DNA from: Prasinococcaceae sp. CCMP 1430 | Lineage: Eukaryota; Plantae; Prasinodermophyta | Length of the DNA: 64,000 nucleotides | NCBI GenBank assembly: GCA_013416795.1 | Contig: RQSC01000002.1 | Location: forward strand, 410,603 to 474,602 | Direction: 5' to 3' | In this document: positions 63,006-64,000 of the stretch, piece after piece | Position numbering within the stretch: position 1 is the first letter of the stretch | Layout of the letters: each line of letters starts with the position of its first letter | Notes under the pieces: model-generated | Databases searched by the model: none | Told to the model about the DNA's origin: nothing | The model's input: only the letters and a program-made list of their open reading frames with translations | Translations under genes and position numbers: made by a program

Positions 63006-64000
63006 ATGGTCGAGGGGCACTCGGTGCACCGCGTGTGCCACCAGCACCGGCGCGCGCTCGCGGGCCTCGCGTTCCGCGCGACGAGCCCCAACGGGCGATT
63101 CGCGGAGGGCGCCGCAGCGATCGACGGAAAGGTGCTGGAGAGGGTCGAGGCCATCGGCAAGAACCTGCTCTACTTCTTCGGGGGCGATGGCCGCGGCGGC
63201 ACGGGGGAAGACGTCACCGTCATGCACGTGCACTTCGGCATGTCCGGCCGCTTCGGCGTCTTCGGCGCGGACAGCGCGCCAGAGCCGAAGCCGACCACGC
63301 GCCTCCAGCTCCAGACGGCCGAGCGCGGAGGGCTCATCGCGCACCTCAGCGCGATGACCGTGCAGCACGGCGGAATCGAGCTGTTCCACGAGCGGCGCGC
63401 GGCGCTCGGGGAGGACCCGCTGCGAGACGGTGCGTGCGCCGTGAGTCCGACTGCCGGTCGGCGGGGTGCGCGCGCGCGCGATCGGCGCGGCGCTCAACGA
63501 CGGAAGCGGCGCGAGCCAACGCGCGCGTCGCAGCTGACCCCGACCCCTCTCGGCGACCGCGACACTGCTGGCGCGCTCGCCCCCCTCCGCGTCCGTCCGA
63601 TCAGATGCCGACCCAGGGGCCTTGCGCGCGAAGGCTGCGCGCAGCTCCAAGCCGGTCGGGCTGTTGTTGATGGACCAGGCCATGATGGCAGGCGTAGGCA
63701 ACATCTACCGGGCAGAGATCCTATGGCGCTCGAAGCTGCACCCAGAGATGCCATGCTCAGCGCTCACCGACGCGCAGTTTGCAGAGGTGAGTGCCGCGCT
63801 GGCGGGGGATCGTGGGTTGGGGATGGGTGGGGGCGGAGGTGGGGCGGGTGGGCGAGGGATCGCACGACGGATGGGGCGCGCACCAACGAGCGGAGCTGCT
63901 GCGCGAGCGCATGCGCGAGCTGACCCGCTGGTACTGGCGTCCGCGCACGTCACGATCGCGAGCGCAGCTCTGGCGGCAATCCGTGCGCATGCTCCGCAAG
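63006..64000 (+). CDS. Fpg/Nei-family DNA glycosylase (endonuclease VIII-like), 3'-partial; intron 63430-63604, next donor at 63788
   Basis: MVEGHSVHR, VEAIGKNLLYFF, HVHFGMSG, LGEDPL; spliced H2TH LLMDQ...AGVGNIYRAEILW. Confidence 0.9.

Overview
Very GC-rich, gene-dense eukaryotic nuclear DNA with short spliceosomal GT-AG introns (donors GTGCGT/GTACGT/GTGAGT, branch sites resembling CTGAC/CTAAC, acceptors GCAG/CCAG). Plant-type genes (BRM, NHR2-like, PLR1, plastid RbfA, PnsB3-like ferredoxin, MTHFR) and TTTAGGG telo-box promoters point to a green alga, probably prasinophyte-grade (inference). About 30 protein-coding genes or fragments are supported; no tRNA, rRNA, CRISPR array or autonomous transposon was found. 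The assembly is a draft: a 995-nt N gap (27109-28103) and single-N joins at 33328, 34486 and 52308. Main oddities: (1) short pieces of unrelated genes lying antisense inside or against other genes (thioredoxin/PDI motif in ZW10, exportin-T exon in NUS1, CHD1 chromodomains head-to-head with BRM, orphan CHD6-9 piece), for which misassembly is the null hypothesis; (2) a three-copy (+,-,+) repeat forming a 76-bp hairpin, whose units carry GT-AG mini-introns and could supply the missing ATG of an ABC1 kinase; (3) a divergent MetX / small-molecule methyltransferase pair 10 kb from MTHFR; (4) a nucleotidyltransferase-HAD-kinase trifusion; (5) a fungal-type PDR transporter; (6) a Val2 Nei glycosylase. 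All family assignments come from motif recognition by eye; no database search was run.
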